In this document: positions 35,158 through 45,413 of the stretch, in pieces
How the letters are laid out: each line of letters opens with the position of its first letter
Position numbering within the stretch: the stretch's first letter is position 1
Source of the DNA: a virus
Lineage: Duplodnaviria > Heunggongvirae > Uroviricota > Caudoviricetes
Length of the DNA: 64,000 bases
Strand: one strand, 5' to 3'
Virus record (IMG/VR): IMGVR_UViG_3300042922_000270
Notes under the pieces: model-generated
Database searches by the model: none
What the model was told of the DNA's origin: nothing
The model's input: the letters and a program-made list of their open reading frames with translations, nothing else
Program-made: the position numbers and the translations under genes

Positions 35158-36036
35158 CTACTTGCGCTCCGGACCACCTTGCCCTGAGGCTCCGTAGGTC
35201 TGGAAGTTCGAACCAAGGGGAACCCCCTGGTCTCCCTCTTCACGGGATTCCGTGAAAGGCGCTTGGGCAGCGAGTGTGTCTGCGGTCATGCCCTCTCGGA
35301 CACCAGCCGTTGTGACGGGCTGCTGGCCAGGAGTCACGTGCTCAGGGTTATCGATCATCTCGAGTTTCCCAGAGAACGTGTCGTGCTTCTTGCTGATGGG
35401 TTGCCCCAACGTGGGAAGCTTCTTCAGCTCAGCGTTGACAGCCCAGGACTTGCCGGTTTCCCGGTCAAGCATATCCTGGACATCGAGCAGATGATCATTG
35501 ACCAGCTTCTCGTTGTCTTCGTTGAAGTCGTCAGAATGAGCATGGACTTCACAGTAAGCCACGGAACCCATCAGGGTCACTCCGACCTTCTTGGCCCAGT
35601 CAAACTTCTGCAGGATCGATTGCTCGATCTGAACAGAGAGCTTGGACTGCTGGGATTGATAAACGCCAGTCTGCACGTGCGGAGCAGCGTTCACAATAGC
35701 CATTTCAGGGTGCTGAGCCTCCCAGAGCAACGGATTGTTGGCACGGGGAAGGAACTGCACGGGCTTGACCTGATCGTTGGTATCCTCCAACCGGATACCC
35801 GCTACCACAGCAGGATCGAAGTCATCCGGAAGGACAACGTTACGATACGCTGGGAGAGAGCTTTGCTGAGGGTTCTTCCCCAGCCGGATGTGGAGGTAGG
35901 CCGAAGCACGCCCGTTGAACCCACCGCCGGGGAAGAACTCAGCGTTCTCCACCTTCGATAGGGTGCTCATGGGAATGTTCGAGTCGTTTGCCAACAGGGT
36001 CTTACCCTCGTTGTTGACCAATACAATCTTGATCAT
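35158..36036 (-). CDS. hypothetical protein
   Basis: 292 aa, GAAGGT SD. Confidence 0.8.
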   Translation of the reverse strand: MIKIVLVNNEGKTLLANDSNIPMSTLSKVENAEFFPGGGFNGRASAYLHIRLGKNPQQSSLPAYRNVVLPDDFDPAVVAGIRLEDTNDQVKPVQFLPRANNPLLWEAQHPEMAIVNAAPHVQTGVYQSQQSKLSVQIEQSILQKFDWAKKVGVTLMGSVAYCEVHAHSDDFNEDNEKLVNDHLLDVQDMLDRETGKSWAVNAELKKLPTLGQPISKKHDTFSGKLEMIDNPEHVTPGQQPVTTAGVREGMTADTLAAQAPFTESREEGDQGVPLGSNFQTYGASGQGGPERK

Positions 36037-36103
36037 ACCGATATACCTTCTTTCTGTTTAGGTCAGATAACCATTACTGGCTCCGACCTGGTGGACTGCA
36101 CCG

Positions 36104-36910
36104 CTACAGATTGATGATATTGTTGTCGCGCTCAGGCGAGGGCGTCTCACGACCGAACGGAGTACGACCGATCTGCAGGACTTGGTTGGAACCACGACGC
36201 TGCGGAATCGGCTGCTCAGCACGGTACCGCTCAGCGCTGTCCCTATTGGCCCAGCTCTCAGCAGTAGCCTTGACGGCTCGATCAGCTGCCCGCATCTTGG
36301 CGGACTCGGTATTCTCGTAGATCTCTTCGGCAGAGCCGGCAGCAGTACGGAGTTGAGGCCTGTAGAATTCGATGGTGTAGTTGACCGGCGTCACCCAAAG
36401 GGAACCCTTCAGGAGATTTCTGTCACGACCATCGGCATCGAAGCCTTCACCGTAGTTCTGATGGTTCTGCTGGATGAACCCCTCGCATTCCAGCATCAGA
36501 GCGTTCTGATTCTGTTTCTGCAAGAGGTACAGGTCCTCGTCCAGGATCTCGAACACCACAGGAAGGGTGTTGGGATCGATCAGGGCGATGTCGTCGTTCT
36601 CAAGATTGTGCACCTTGATCTTCGGGGAGTTTTCCACGCTGCCCAGAATACTGAACAGGTAGGCTTCCCGATAACCAGGGGGAACAACATCGAACTGCGT
36701 ACCGATCTGACTGCTCAGACCAGCAAGACCCAGGTTGTAGAGCATCGTGTTGCGCTGCTCTTCATCGAAGGTATTGCTGATCGGGACGAGGGCCGTTCTG
36801 CGAAGAGGCGTATGGTAGAAGATACCCGAACCACCAAAGGTGGGTCGACGACGCTTGATAAGCATCGATATACGCTGTACGGCATCAGGGTGGACTTTTG
36901 CGATAAGCAT
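36104..36910 (-). CDS. hypothetical protein
   Basis: 268 aa, strong codon bias. Confidence 0.8.
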   Translation of the reverse strand: MLIAKVHPDAVQRISMLIKRRRPTFGGSGIFYHTPLRRTALVPISNTFDEEQRNTMLYNLGLAGLSSQIGTQFDVVPPGYREAYLFSILGSVENSPKIKVHNLENDDIALIDPNTLPVVFEILDEDLYLLQKQNQNALMLECEGFIQQNHQNYGEGFDADGRDRNLLKGSLWVTPVNYTIEFYRPQLRTAAGSAEEIYENTESAKMRAADRAVKATAESWANRDSAERYRAEQPIPQRRGSNQVLQIGRTPFGRETPSPERDNNIINL

Positions 36911-37262
36911 TGCTTACCACTTCCCTTCTTAGTTCACGTTCTCATACAGTGAAACACAGACGTGCACATCTGCGCTCGTGTGGAATGCACACCCAGGCCC
37001 GGTTGCCCAGCCCGTTGAGATACGTGAGGAACCACTACTAATGGTCCCCATTCAATACGCCATTCTGGGGGGAATGGTTCAGGTGTATTACTACACTGGT
37101 GTACTGAATGGGAATCACTACCAGAAAGCTCCAGTCAACTCACTCGATAGCAAAGCCCCAATAGTTGGTTGACCTGCCCGACTTGTATCAAGTGAATTGA
37201 GTGGAGATTTCTCGGTGAAGGGTTTAAAAGGGGGAAGGCCCGAAGGCCCTCCCCGAAGGTGC

Positions 37263-37952
37263 TTAGTTCTCGACCGGCTCCTCGACGGTACCGTGAGTGA
37301 CGGGGACTTCCTCGTCGTTCTTCTCCATCACCTGGGTACCGCTGGCCGCCTTGGCCGCCTTGGACTCCAGGTACTTGGCGTGGTCCTCGCGGGACGCGTT
37401 GATGCGGTCCTGACGACCGGCCTCGCGGCGCTCCTTCCACGACTGGGCGGACTTGGTCTTCGCCTGGATGTTCTTCTCGCGGGACACGCGGGTGGCGTCC
37501 TCGGCCTCGTCCGCCGACATGACGGAGCTGACCTGCGGAGCGGGAGCCGCGTTGATGTCCTTCTCGAAGTCCGTGCGGGCGTAGATGTTGCCCTCCAGGA
37601 TGCCGGCGTCACCGGTCTGGGTCACCTCGGCGTAGAGGGTGATCACCCAGGCGTTGCCGTCCTGCTCGTTGAGCTGCTCGACCCAGTTCTCGGGCAACTC
37701 GAAGTTGCAGGTGACGTTGGCCTTGTCCTGCAAGACCGTCTCGCCGGTGGGCAAGAGCAGCTTGAGCATGGCGGTCCCGTCGCCGGCGTCCGGATCGGGC
37801 ATGATGGTGCCGACCACGCTGTGGACGTCATCACCCTTGTGCGAGCGGTTCTTGATGGGCTTCGAGCGGAAGTCGTCACCCATCTTGCGCAGGACCTGCA
37901 CGGTCAGCTTCTGGACGTACGTCTTGGCGTCCTTCTTGATGTTGAAAGCCAT
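37263..37952 (-). CDS. hypothetical protein with extreme G/C third-position bias
   Basis: Start MAFNIKK after AAGGAG hairpin; terminator at 37225-37253. Confidence 0.85.
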   Translation of the reverse strand: MAFNIKKDAKTYVQKLTVQVLRKMGDDFRSKPIKNRSHKGDDVHSVVGTIMPDPDAGDGTAMLKLLLPTGETVLQDKANVTCNFELPENWVEQLNEQDGNAWVITLYAEVTQTGDAGILEGNIYARTDFEKDINAAPAPQVSSVMSADEAEDATRVSREKNIQAKTKSAQSWKERREAGRQDRINASREDHAKYLESKAAKAASGTQVMEKNDEEVPVTHGTVEEPVEN

Positions 37953-38110
37953 TGGTCTTTCTCCTTTCGAACTGAGAAAGAAGTTGGATACGATTCCACA
38001 CGTGTGAAACCTTTCCAACAGAGTGGACAGTGTAAACCACTGCCCCTCCTGAAGCCTAGGAGTTAGAAACTTTGTAGCTTTGCAGCTTCGCGACTTTGTT
38101 TTCCTCGCCT

Positions 38111-38266
38111 CTTCTGAGGTTGAGGAGCTTCGGAGTTTTGCATCCTTGGCTAGATCGCTCCTTCTGAGGGTGCGGAGCTGCGGAGCCTAGCAGTTCTGTC
38201 ATCCTAGCCCATTCTGAGGTTGCGGGGCCTAGTGTTCCTGAGGCAGATTCTGAGGCAGCGGAGCTG
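38111..38266. repeat. degenerate direct repeats TTCTGAGG-NN-GCGGAGC
   Basis: Copies at 38112, 38162, 38212 (50-nt period) and 38248. Confidence 0.7.
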
Positions 38267-38345
38267 TGGTAGTCCGAGGGATGTAAATAAACACTACAGG
38301 ATAGAGGATTAACTAAACCAAGTAGTGTTTATTTACTCCTTCTAG

Positions 38346-41300
38346 TTAGAGGACGCTACGGAGATCAACCTTGATCGGAGCGTTGTCGGAGTACTCAGCC
38401 TTCTCGATGGACTTGAGGATCTCGTTGACATCCGCAAGAGCAGGAGCAGCAGCCTTGAGGATAGCACCGGTAAGCGAGTAGTCAGGCATCATGAAGTCAA
38501 TCATTTCAGGCGTGACCAAGCTAACCAGAGAGGTGCCGTCCTCGTAGCGGGAGTTCTCCCAGAGACCAGCGCCTGCACGACGAAGCGTACCGTAGATGAT
38601 GGCCTCGTTGAGCAAGAACTCGTCCTGCATGTGGTCAGGCAGTTCCTCCTTGAACTCAGCCCAATCCTGATCGAAGTTCTTGTTCTCCTCGCTGTTATCC
38701 AGACCGGCCTTCTCAATCTTACTGTAGATAGAGGTGACCACAATGGACCACAGCATGGCATCGGCTTCATCCACGGTCAAGTCGATATCGATGAGATCGA
38801 ACAGGACCTGAGTGGCGAAGATGCCCTCGAACATGGTGAACTTCTCACCGGTCTTGTCATCGGTCATGACCTTGAAGGAGATCTCCTTCTCCTTGAGCAT
38901 GTCGAAGACGTTGACATCACCAATGCTTTCGGTAGCGCCGATACGCAGGGTGTTGTTAGAACCCAAACGCTGGATCTTCTCAGCCGCAAACAGAGCAATA
39001 TCAGAGATACCACTCAGAGCGAGGCCCTCGTAGATACGACGCCACACCTTAGCACAGGCAGTAGCAACACCGGGGTTGTAGTTGTCCAAGATCTCGTCAG
39101 GATCGTGGCCCTCGTCAGCGAGGATATGAGGGTGCTTCTCCGCCAGGAAGCGACGGGTGTCCTCGTACTCATGACGGAAGGTCAGAGCAGAAGCCATCGA
39201 GAACGCTTTACCAACGAAGATGGTGTAGTGAGAACCAACCGAACGAAGGATCTGCACGTACCGCTGCAGGGAGATGATGCCCTTCTCGGGGTTGTAGGGG
39301 GCGAAGAACGACTTCTTGTTAGCACCATCAAAGAAGTCCAGGAACGGAACCTCCTTGTTGGCCCAAGAAGTGTAGTAGCCCTTCTGTCCGAAGAAGGAGT
39401 TGTTCAGGCGCTTCTGCATCTTCTCGACGCGAGCCTTGAACTCATCATCACTCTCATCGGCCTTCTGACGAGCAGCGAGCAGACCAGCGATACCATCACC
39501 GTCACCGTCGCCTTCGTTACCCTCGTGCCAGACGAGAGAATCAATCAGGAAAGTACCGATGGGAGCCTTGTCAGTGACCTTAGCCCGCAGCAGAACCATC
39601 GAGATCATGGGAGAGCGAGTGACGTAGAGCCAATCACCATCCTTGATCTTGCCCTGAATGACCAGAGGATCGTTGGGGTTGATACCCACCTCATCATCAG
39701 CGATGTAGTCGAGGTCAATGGTCTTAACCTTACGGCCGAACATGATCTTGTCCGTACGGGTCAGACCCTTCAGGACACCAGGGCTAGAAATCCAGGACTT
39801 CAGGCCACCATTGATCATACCCAGGTAACGGTTGAGAGCATCCGACCAACCATCGGGGCTGGTCTCCTCGGTGATGTGGAGCAGGAGCTTGAGAGCGGTC
39901 GAGCCGATGCGGTCAGCCTTCGTGGTGAACTTGGCCAGTGCATCGAAACGAAGGTGAACGGCAGTCTCCTTACCGCTACCACGCTCAGAAGCAATGGTCA
40001 GACCATCAGGGAAGGTCTTGTGGAACATCTCGAAGACGCGACGAGCACCCTTCTGAAGCAGCAGGTCAGCGAAGACAGGCAGTTCAGGGTTGTTCGTAGC
40101 ACCATTCACCCAACGCTCAGCAGCAGGAACGCGAGCAGCCATCTTGAGCATGGAGACAGTGTCTTCACGCCGGTCTGCATTGTCTTCCCAGAGCTTGAGG
40201 GCCAGGTCGCTGTTGATGGTGGCAAGGGTAACCAAGCCTTCACCAATGAGACCCTGAACACCCATGTTCTCACGGACGGTGCTGACCTCAATGGCCAGAA
40301 CGATATCCGCTTCGATGTAGGTGACGAGCTGACCGATGGTACGCGTGGCATCATCGAACTCGTAGCCCTCTTTGCCGTCCTTCTTGGCCTTGAGCAGTTG
40401 ATACTGACGAGGCTTCATCGGAGGCGTGTAGAACCAGGCTTCCTTGGTGTTGTCCTCCTTCCACTGAACGAAGTCAGCGAGCTGTTCAGGGGTCAGGCCC
40501 TTGTTAGCATCGAAGTCGAGACCACCAGGAACAGTGTCTGCGTAGGCTTTCAGCAAAGCAGAGAAGCCCAGATCCTGCTTGATGGTTTCACAGCCGAAGA
40601 TGACGTCCTTCTGCTCGATGATCTCGGTCTTGTCCTTGCTCAGCATCTTGATGGCCTGGTTGTACAGGGTCGCCTTGATGCCGAAGCCACGGAGCTTAGC
40701 AGCCCGCTCATTGTAAGCAACACGAATGGGAACAGTACCCGCAATGTCGATGGTCTTCACCTTCTCACCATCCGGGTAGTACTCGATGTTCGTGTAGGTG
40801 ATCTTGGGCAAGCCCATGACATAACCACTCATGCCCTTGTCGGTCTTACCGAAAGTGCAGACAGGCACGCCCTTGAACTTGAGCAGATCATCACCAGGCT
40901 TGACCTTACAGCCCTTGGGAGCTTCGTGGACGTTCTCTTCAGGCTCACCGTTCTCCAAAGCAGTAGCAGCATCAGGGAAGGCAGCGAAGTGCTCAGCCAC
41001 AAACATGTCAACGTCCTGACCACCAACAAAGATGCCGGCGTCGTTGAACTTCTCCTGTTTGTTAACCGAGATGGTCAGCTCCAAATCAGGGTGAGCGTAA
41101 GCAACACCCGAACCGGACTCGAACTCCCAGTTGCTGAAGATGGCACGCATACGAATGCCCAAGCTCTTGTCACCAGCACGGATAAGGCCGGACTCTTCCA
41201 AGAGGGACGGGTTGTTGAGACGGGACACACCAGTGCGCTTGTGGTAGAAGGTATTGGTATCACCCTCAATCACGTCTGCGGTCTGCTGGTCCACGAGCTG

Positions 41301-42701
41301 CGCACGGTTAGTGGTCTTACCCGGCTTGGAAGCGTCGTTGCTGTTACGCACGAACACTTCACCCTCTTCATCGATGAAGACGCCGAACATACGAATGTTG
41401 GCACCCTCACCACAGTAGAGAGTATCCACCAGAGCGGAGCTGCTAACGGGCACAGGATCAGGAACCCAGTTACCATCAGCATCCTTCTTCTTGCGGGTCA
41501 GCCAGTACTCGGCAGCATCAGAGATGCTCTGAGGGGAACGCTGATCCACCAGGACGGGCCTCATCTTGTTGTTCGCGGTGAGAGCCACAATACCACAAGT
41601 GTTGAGAGCCATCGTGATGTAGGACTGACCGCTGACAGCGTAGTCCATGATGTCACGGCAGAAGGACGAGGTAGCCGACAGAGCCAGCTTACCGGTCACG
41701 TCCTTGATATCCTGGCTGTTCTTAAGGAAGTTGATCCACTGCCACACCATCTTCGCAGGGGAGATCTCCCGATTGGTGTCGGGGTTGTACTGCCAGTTGG
41801 CGAAGATCTTCGGGAGCTTGTCGCCCGTGGTCATCGTCCACATGTTGCTGTAGATCTTGCTACCCATCTGCATGCTGAAGATGTGCTCGACCTTGATATC
41901 AAACCCACGAACAGGCTGGAAGGTCATGATGCCGACGTTGTTGAACTGACCGGTGGCCTCGTACGTAGCACCAACAGTCATGAGAGCCATCTCTTTGAGA
42001 GTCAGGTCACGACCAGTGGCGAAGCGGTTGGCGAGGATACGGGAAGGAGTCCAGATGTTCTCTTGGGGAGCGCCAGCCTTGAGCAGTTTCTTGACGTGCT
42101 TGGGCTTGGACACGAACCAGTGGAACTTCATGAAGCTCCCAGGAGGATAGCTCACCTCCAACGTGAGAGGATCGATCTCGGCTTCGAAGTTGCTCTTCTT
42201 GATCTGATCGATGGTCACGCTGGGAACATCAACATCGGTGAGGATGTTGCGCGCCTTGGTGGGAAGCATCGAAGCACCATCCGAACCAACGATCTGACGG
42301 AGCAGGCCCTCTTCGTACATCAGGGACATCTGTTCGGGAACGAACTCAATCCCAGCAGCGATGTGGCCATAGATGAAGTTGAACTTCTTGATGTGGATGA
42401 TCTTCTCGCTATCCTTGAGACCAGCAGGCAGGTCCAAGGCAGCGTTGATATCCAGATCGGAGTAGCCACGGTTGATCATCATGTCCACGATGAGGTTGAG
42501 GTGCAGTTCACCAGGCGACTCCTGAGAACGCAGAGGCAGCTCAGCACGGTTGTCATCGATGAAGATCTTGGGCTCTTCCACCTCGGAATCACGCTTGACG
42601 GTGTAGCCCCAGGCTTCGAGAGTAGCGGCCAGGTTCTTGGTGTTGAAGCCCTCGTTGTTGGGGTCGAAGGTCTTCTTGCCCTTGTTAATGTTGAAAGCCA
42701 T
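38346..42701 (-). CDS. single-chain two-barrel (DPBB) RNA polymerase, putative non-virion RNAP
   Basis: AAKLRGFGIKAT (beta-like lysines), VTRSPM (R-x-P), GNEGDGDGD (DxDGD catalytic loop) in the expected order. Confidence 0.75.
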   Translation of the reverse strand: MAFNINKGKKTFDPNNEGFNTKNLAATLEAWGYTVKRDSEVEEPKIFIDDNRAELPLRSQESPGELHLNLIVDMMINRGYSDLDINAALDLPAGLKDSEKIIHIKKFNFIYGHIAAGIEFVPEQMSLMYEEGLLRQIVGSDGASMLPTKARNILTDVDVPSVTIDQIKKSNFEAEIDPLTLEVSYPPGSFMKFHWFVSKPKHVKKLLKAGAPQENIWTPSRILANRFATGRDLTLKEMALMTVGATYEATGQFNNVGIMTFQPVRGFDIKVEHIFSMQMGSKIYSNMWTMTTGDKLPKIFANWQYNPDTNREISPAKMVWQWINFLKNSQDIKDVTGKLALSATSSFCRDIMDYAVSGQSYITMALNTCGIVALTANNKMRPVLVDQRSPQSISDAAEYWLTRKKKDADGNWVPDPVPVSSSALVDTLYCGEGANIRMFGVFIDEEGEVFVRNSNDASKPGKTTNRAQLVDQQTADVIEGDTNTFYHKRTGVSRLNNPSLLEESGLIRAGDKSLGIRMRAIFSNWEFESGSGVAYAHPDLELTISVNKQEKFNDAGIFVGGQDVDMFVAEHFAAFPDAATALENGEPEENVHEAPKGCKVKPGDDLLKFKGVPVCTFGKTDKGMSGYVMGLPKITYTNIEYYPDGEKVKTIDIAGTVPIRVAYNERAAKLRGFGIKATLYNQAIKMLSKDKTEIIEQKDVIFGCETIKQDLGFSALLKAYADTVPGGLDFDANKGLTPEQLADFVQWKEDNTKEAWFYTPPMKPRQYQLLKAKKDGKEGYEFDDATRTIGQLVTYIEADIVLAIEVSTVRENMGVQGLIGEGLVTLATINSDLALKLWEDNADRREDTVSMLKMAARVPAAERWVNGATNNPELPVFADLLLQKGARRVFEMFHKTFPDGLTIASERGSGKETAVHLRFDALAKFTTKADRIGSTALKLLLHITEETSPDGWSDALNRYLGMINGGLKSWISSPGVLKGLTRTDKIMFGRKVKTIDLDYIADDEVGINPNDPLVIQGKIKDGDWLYVTRSPMISMVLLRAKVTDKAPIGTFLIDSLVWHEGNEGDGDGDGIAGLLAARQKADESDDEFKARVEKMQKRLNNSFFGQKGYYTSWANKEVPFLDFFDGANKKSFFAPYNPEKGIISLQRYVQILRSVGSHYTIFVGKAFSMASALTFRHEYEDTRRFLAEKHPHILADEGHDPDEILDNYNPGVATACAKVWRRIYEGLALSGISDIALFAAEKIQRLGSNNTLRIGATESIGDVNVFDMLKEKEISFKVMTDDKTGEKFTMFEGIFATQVLFDLIDIDLTVDEADAMLWSIVVTSIYSKIEKAGLDNSEENKNFDQDWAEFKEELPDHMQDEFLLNEAIIYGTLRRAGAGLWENSRYEDGTSLVSLVTPEMIDFMMPDYSLTGAILKAAAPALADVNEILKSIEKAEYSDNAPIKVDLRSVL

Positions 42702-42775
42702 TGTTTGTTTACTTCCTTTCGTTGAAGTAACAAATCGGGGAGCCGAAGCTCCCCTGCAAACCTACAATATAGGGA

Positions 42776-43708
42776 CTAGTCGTCACGCCCGATGATCCGG
42801 TTCATCTTGTTCTTCTGCATGTCAGCAGCGGGCGTAGAAGTGGTCTTCACGTCGACGATCTCATCGCCAGTAGCAGCAGCCGCCTGAGCAGCGTTCTTAG
42901 CGCCAATCTCGGTGGAGGTGCCGACCTTACGCTCGTTGAAGACCTTGGCAGCGTGACGCTTGTAGCGGATCTCCTGCAAGAGGTTCTTGGTGCTCACCGG
43001 CTCATCCGGCGTGTAGTTAGCAGCGATGTCCTTGAACACCTCAGCGTAGCGCTTATCGGGGTTGATAGCCCCAGGCTCGTTGAGGCGGTACATCATAGCA
43101 TCGTGCATGATGACCTGAATGTAGAGAGCGACACGGGTCTCACGATTACCCACGTCAGAAACTTCCTTGGACTGGTACTGCTCCAGCCACATACTCACGA
43201 TATCCACCTGAGCGTGAACCTGCATGTGAGTGCCGAAGCCTTCACGGGCATTGTAGATGCTGGTAGCCATAGGACCACGGTCATCGGTGACCTTGACGAA
43301 GATGTGCTCAATGCGGTTGATGCGGTCGGTAGGATCCACCTGAGAGTTGAACTCATCAATGGAGTCCTGGTAGGTCTTCGTCAAGGTCGAAGAGGTCAAC
43401 GGGATCCAGTCGTCCTTCTTGTCCTTGTTCTTGGGGTCGATGGCCATGACAATGGCGACACCGTAGTGATCGGCATCCTCATCCATGTTGCCGCCGAGCG
43501 GACCCAACGTACCACCGTAGGTCTTGTAGAAGCCTTCCTTGTTCTTGAGCGGACCCAAGATGTTGAAGCAGATACCACCGGTACCCATGAGAACCTTGTT
43601 GCTGACCTTCATCTTCTTGACCGGAGTGGTGTTGTCCTCGGTCGAGATGCCAGTGGTGATCTTCTCACCGCCATTACCGGACAGGATGTCCTTCAAAGAG
43701 ATAGGCAT
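42776..43708 (-). CDS. hypothetical protein
   Basis: Start MPISLK after SD hairpin. Confidence 0.85.
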   Translation of the reverse strand: MPISLKDILSGNGGEKITTGISTEDNTTPVKKMKVSNKVLMGTGGICFNILGPLKNKEGFYKTYGGTLGPLGGNMDEDADHYGVAIVMAIDPKNKDKKDDWIPLTSSTLTKTYQDSIDEFNSQVDPTDRINRIEHIFVKVTDDRGPMATSIYNAREGFGTHMQVHAQVDIVSMWLEQYQSKEVSDVGNRETRVALYIQVIMHDAMMYRLNEPGAINPDKRYAEVFKDIAANYTPDEPVSTKNLLQEIRYKRHAAKVFNERKVGTSTEIGAKNAAQAAAATGDEIVDVKTTSTPAADMQKNKMNRIIGRDD

Positions 43709-43851
43709 TAGTTTTCTCCTTTCGATTGAGAATAGCATGCCTCGCGGGAATTAACAGTACCGTCGAGGGACGACTTGCACTGATAATTTTTAAGGGTTGG
43801 ATACAAGGGATAGATAACCATTGTACTAGACCTTAGTCTGCATCACCTCCT

Positions 43852-44316
43852 TTACGTGGAGTAGTAGGCTTCACCGTGCGCCTCCAAGAAATCAAGAATC
43901 TTCTTCACGTCACCCTTGATCGTGGAGATATGACCAATGCCAGAGATGATACCAGCCATGTTCTGAACCATCTGGGTCTCTGGCATGTTGAGCATCTTAT
44001 AGAGCTTCTGGAGTGTGACCCGGAGCTTCAACCAATTGAAGTCAGCGGGCTCTTGCTTCATGTAGTTCCAGTCGATATAGGGAAGCAGCGGACCTTCCCA
44101 ACCAAGGGATTGCATGAGAACGTAGATCTGCTGGCTGTGGTGGACAGTAATGCCCGCACCATCAATGGGTGCAGGGTTCTTATCCAACCACTCAGTCTCC
44201 TTCTTGAAGCGCTCTTCCATATCAGTGATGCGCTCCACCATGAGAATGGTCTGAGAGTTCTGGGTCATCTGGGCGTGATAGGTAGCCAGGACCTTGTTAG
44301 CAATAAACTCACTCAT
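43852..44316 (-). CDS. hypothetical protein
   Basis: GAGGAG SD, coupled ORF. Confidence 0.75.
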   Translation of the reverse strand: MSEFIANKVLATYHAQMTQNSQTILMVERITDMEERFKKETEWLDKNPAPIDGAGITVHHSQQIYVLMQSLGWEGPLLPYIDWNYMKQEPADFNWLKLRVTLQKLYKMLNMPETQMVQNMAGIISGIGHISTIKGDVKKILDFLEAHGEAYYST

Positions 44317-44618
44317 TAGTTATTCTCCTCATCGACATTGTCGTAGCCGCAGTGGGAGCAGATACCATCAGTCTTGTCCAAGTTAGTGTAGTTACGGCAG
44401 GCAATGCACTTATCCTTGTAGTCCGTGGAGCAGGTACGGCAGCCCACGAAGATGTACTCATCACCCTTAAACGAAGTAGCAGTAGCAACCACATTAGCAG
44501 ACTTGCACTTAGGACAGCAGGGCCAGCCCTTAAGGCACCCATTAAAGCAGGAATACAGACCAGTCTCGTCCTTAGCCATAACCTTTTCACAGATAATGCA
44601 GATGGGCAAATTAATCAT
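44316..44618 (-). CDS. Cys-rich zinc-finger protein
   Basis: Five CxxC pairs plus one CxxxC. Confidence 0.7.
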   Translation of the reverse strand: MINLPICIICEKVMAKDETGLYSCFNGCLKGWPCCPKCKSANVVATATSFKGDEYIFVGCRTCSTDYKDKCIACRNYTNLDKTDGICSHCGYDNVDEENN

Positions 44619-44619
44619 G

Positions 44620-44724
44620 TTACTTCACCTCCGACTTGATAGCGGTGAGGATGTACTTACGAGCTTCCTTCTTGTTGATGTTGTACCACATACGAGCTTG
44701 AGAGATAGCGAAGTGCTTGGTCAT
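44620..44724 (-). CDS. 34-aa basic peptide
   Basis: MTKHFAISQARMWYNINKKEARKYILTAIKSEVK after SD hairpin. Confidence 0.6.
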   Translation of the reverse strand: MTKHFAISQARMWYNINKKEARKYILTAIKSEVK

Positions 44725-44800
44725 AGTAATAGCTCCTTTCACGAGCATACTAAGGATTGTGTGGGGATTTATCCTTACACCACACCATCAAGCACCAGAG

Positions 44801-45049
44801 TTAGTCCCCGTAGGTCACCCAGCTCCACATGACGTGGTAAGCGTACTCATCACCATAATCGTGGCAAGCCTCCTGGTAAGGCTCACCCAACTCAGTGGTG
44901 TCGGGATCGAAGATGGGAAGGGATTCCACCAATTGACGCACGGTCACAGCCACAGGGATGCTGATGCTCTCCCCGTTCAAGGTGCAGATGGGCTCTTCTT
45001 TCCCACGAGGAGTAACCATGCTGAGAGAATTGTACTTAGCGGTCTTCAT
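44801..45049 (-). CDS. hypothetical early protein
   Basis: Start MKTAKY after SD hairpin. Confidence 0.75.
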   Translation of the reverse strand: MKTAKYNSLSMVTPRGKEEPICTLNGESISIPVAVTVRQLVESLPIFDPDTTELGEPYQEACHDYGDEYAYHVMWSWVTYGD

Positions 45050-45071
45050 GTTATAATCTCCTTTCACGAGA

Positions 45072-45323
45072 CTAAAGGTTAGCCAGGTCACGGGTGTGGA
45101 ACTCGCCCACGAACTTGTCACCAGCGTAGTAGATGGCGACAGTGCCTTCGTATTCCCCACGCATGACGTTTCCGGTGAGGGCCACGATCGACCAATCAGA
45201 GATCATGCCGTCTTCCGGATCATCAGCCCAGAGGCCGATCTTCTCGTAGGTCAGCTTCTGCAGCTTGACGTAGGTCAGGGTCTCGATGTTGTTGCGGAGC
45301 CAGTTCAGGTTGATGTTAGCCAT
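45072..45323 (-). CDS. hypothetical early protein
   Basis: Start MANINL after SD hairpin. Confidence 0.75.
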   Translation of the reverse strand: MANINLNWLRNNIETLTYVKLQKLTYEKIGLWADDPEDGMISDWSIVALTGNVMRGEYEGTVAIYYAGDKFVGEFHTRDLANL

Positions 45324-45413
45324 TGTCTTTAGTTCCTTTCGTAGAACTATTAGATGGGTTGCCTGGGGATTTATTAAGTGGTTACACCAGGCTGTCAACC
45401 GAGAGGAAACTAA

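Noticed and set aside
38631-42725. 1364-aa plus-strand ORF
   Set aside because: Antisense shadow of the RNAP gene caused by its codon bias; no motifs or SD
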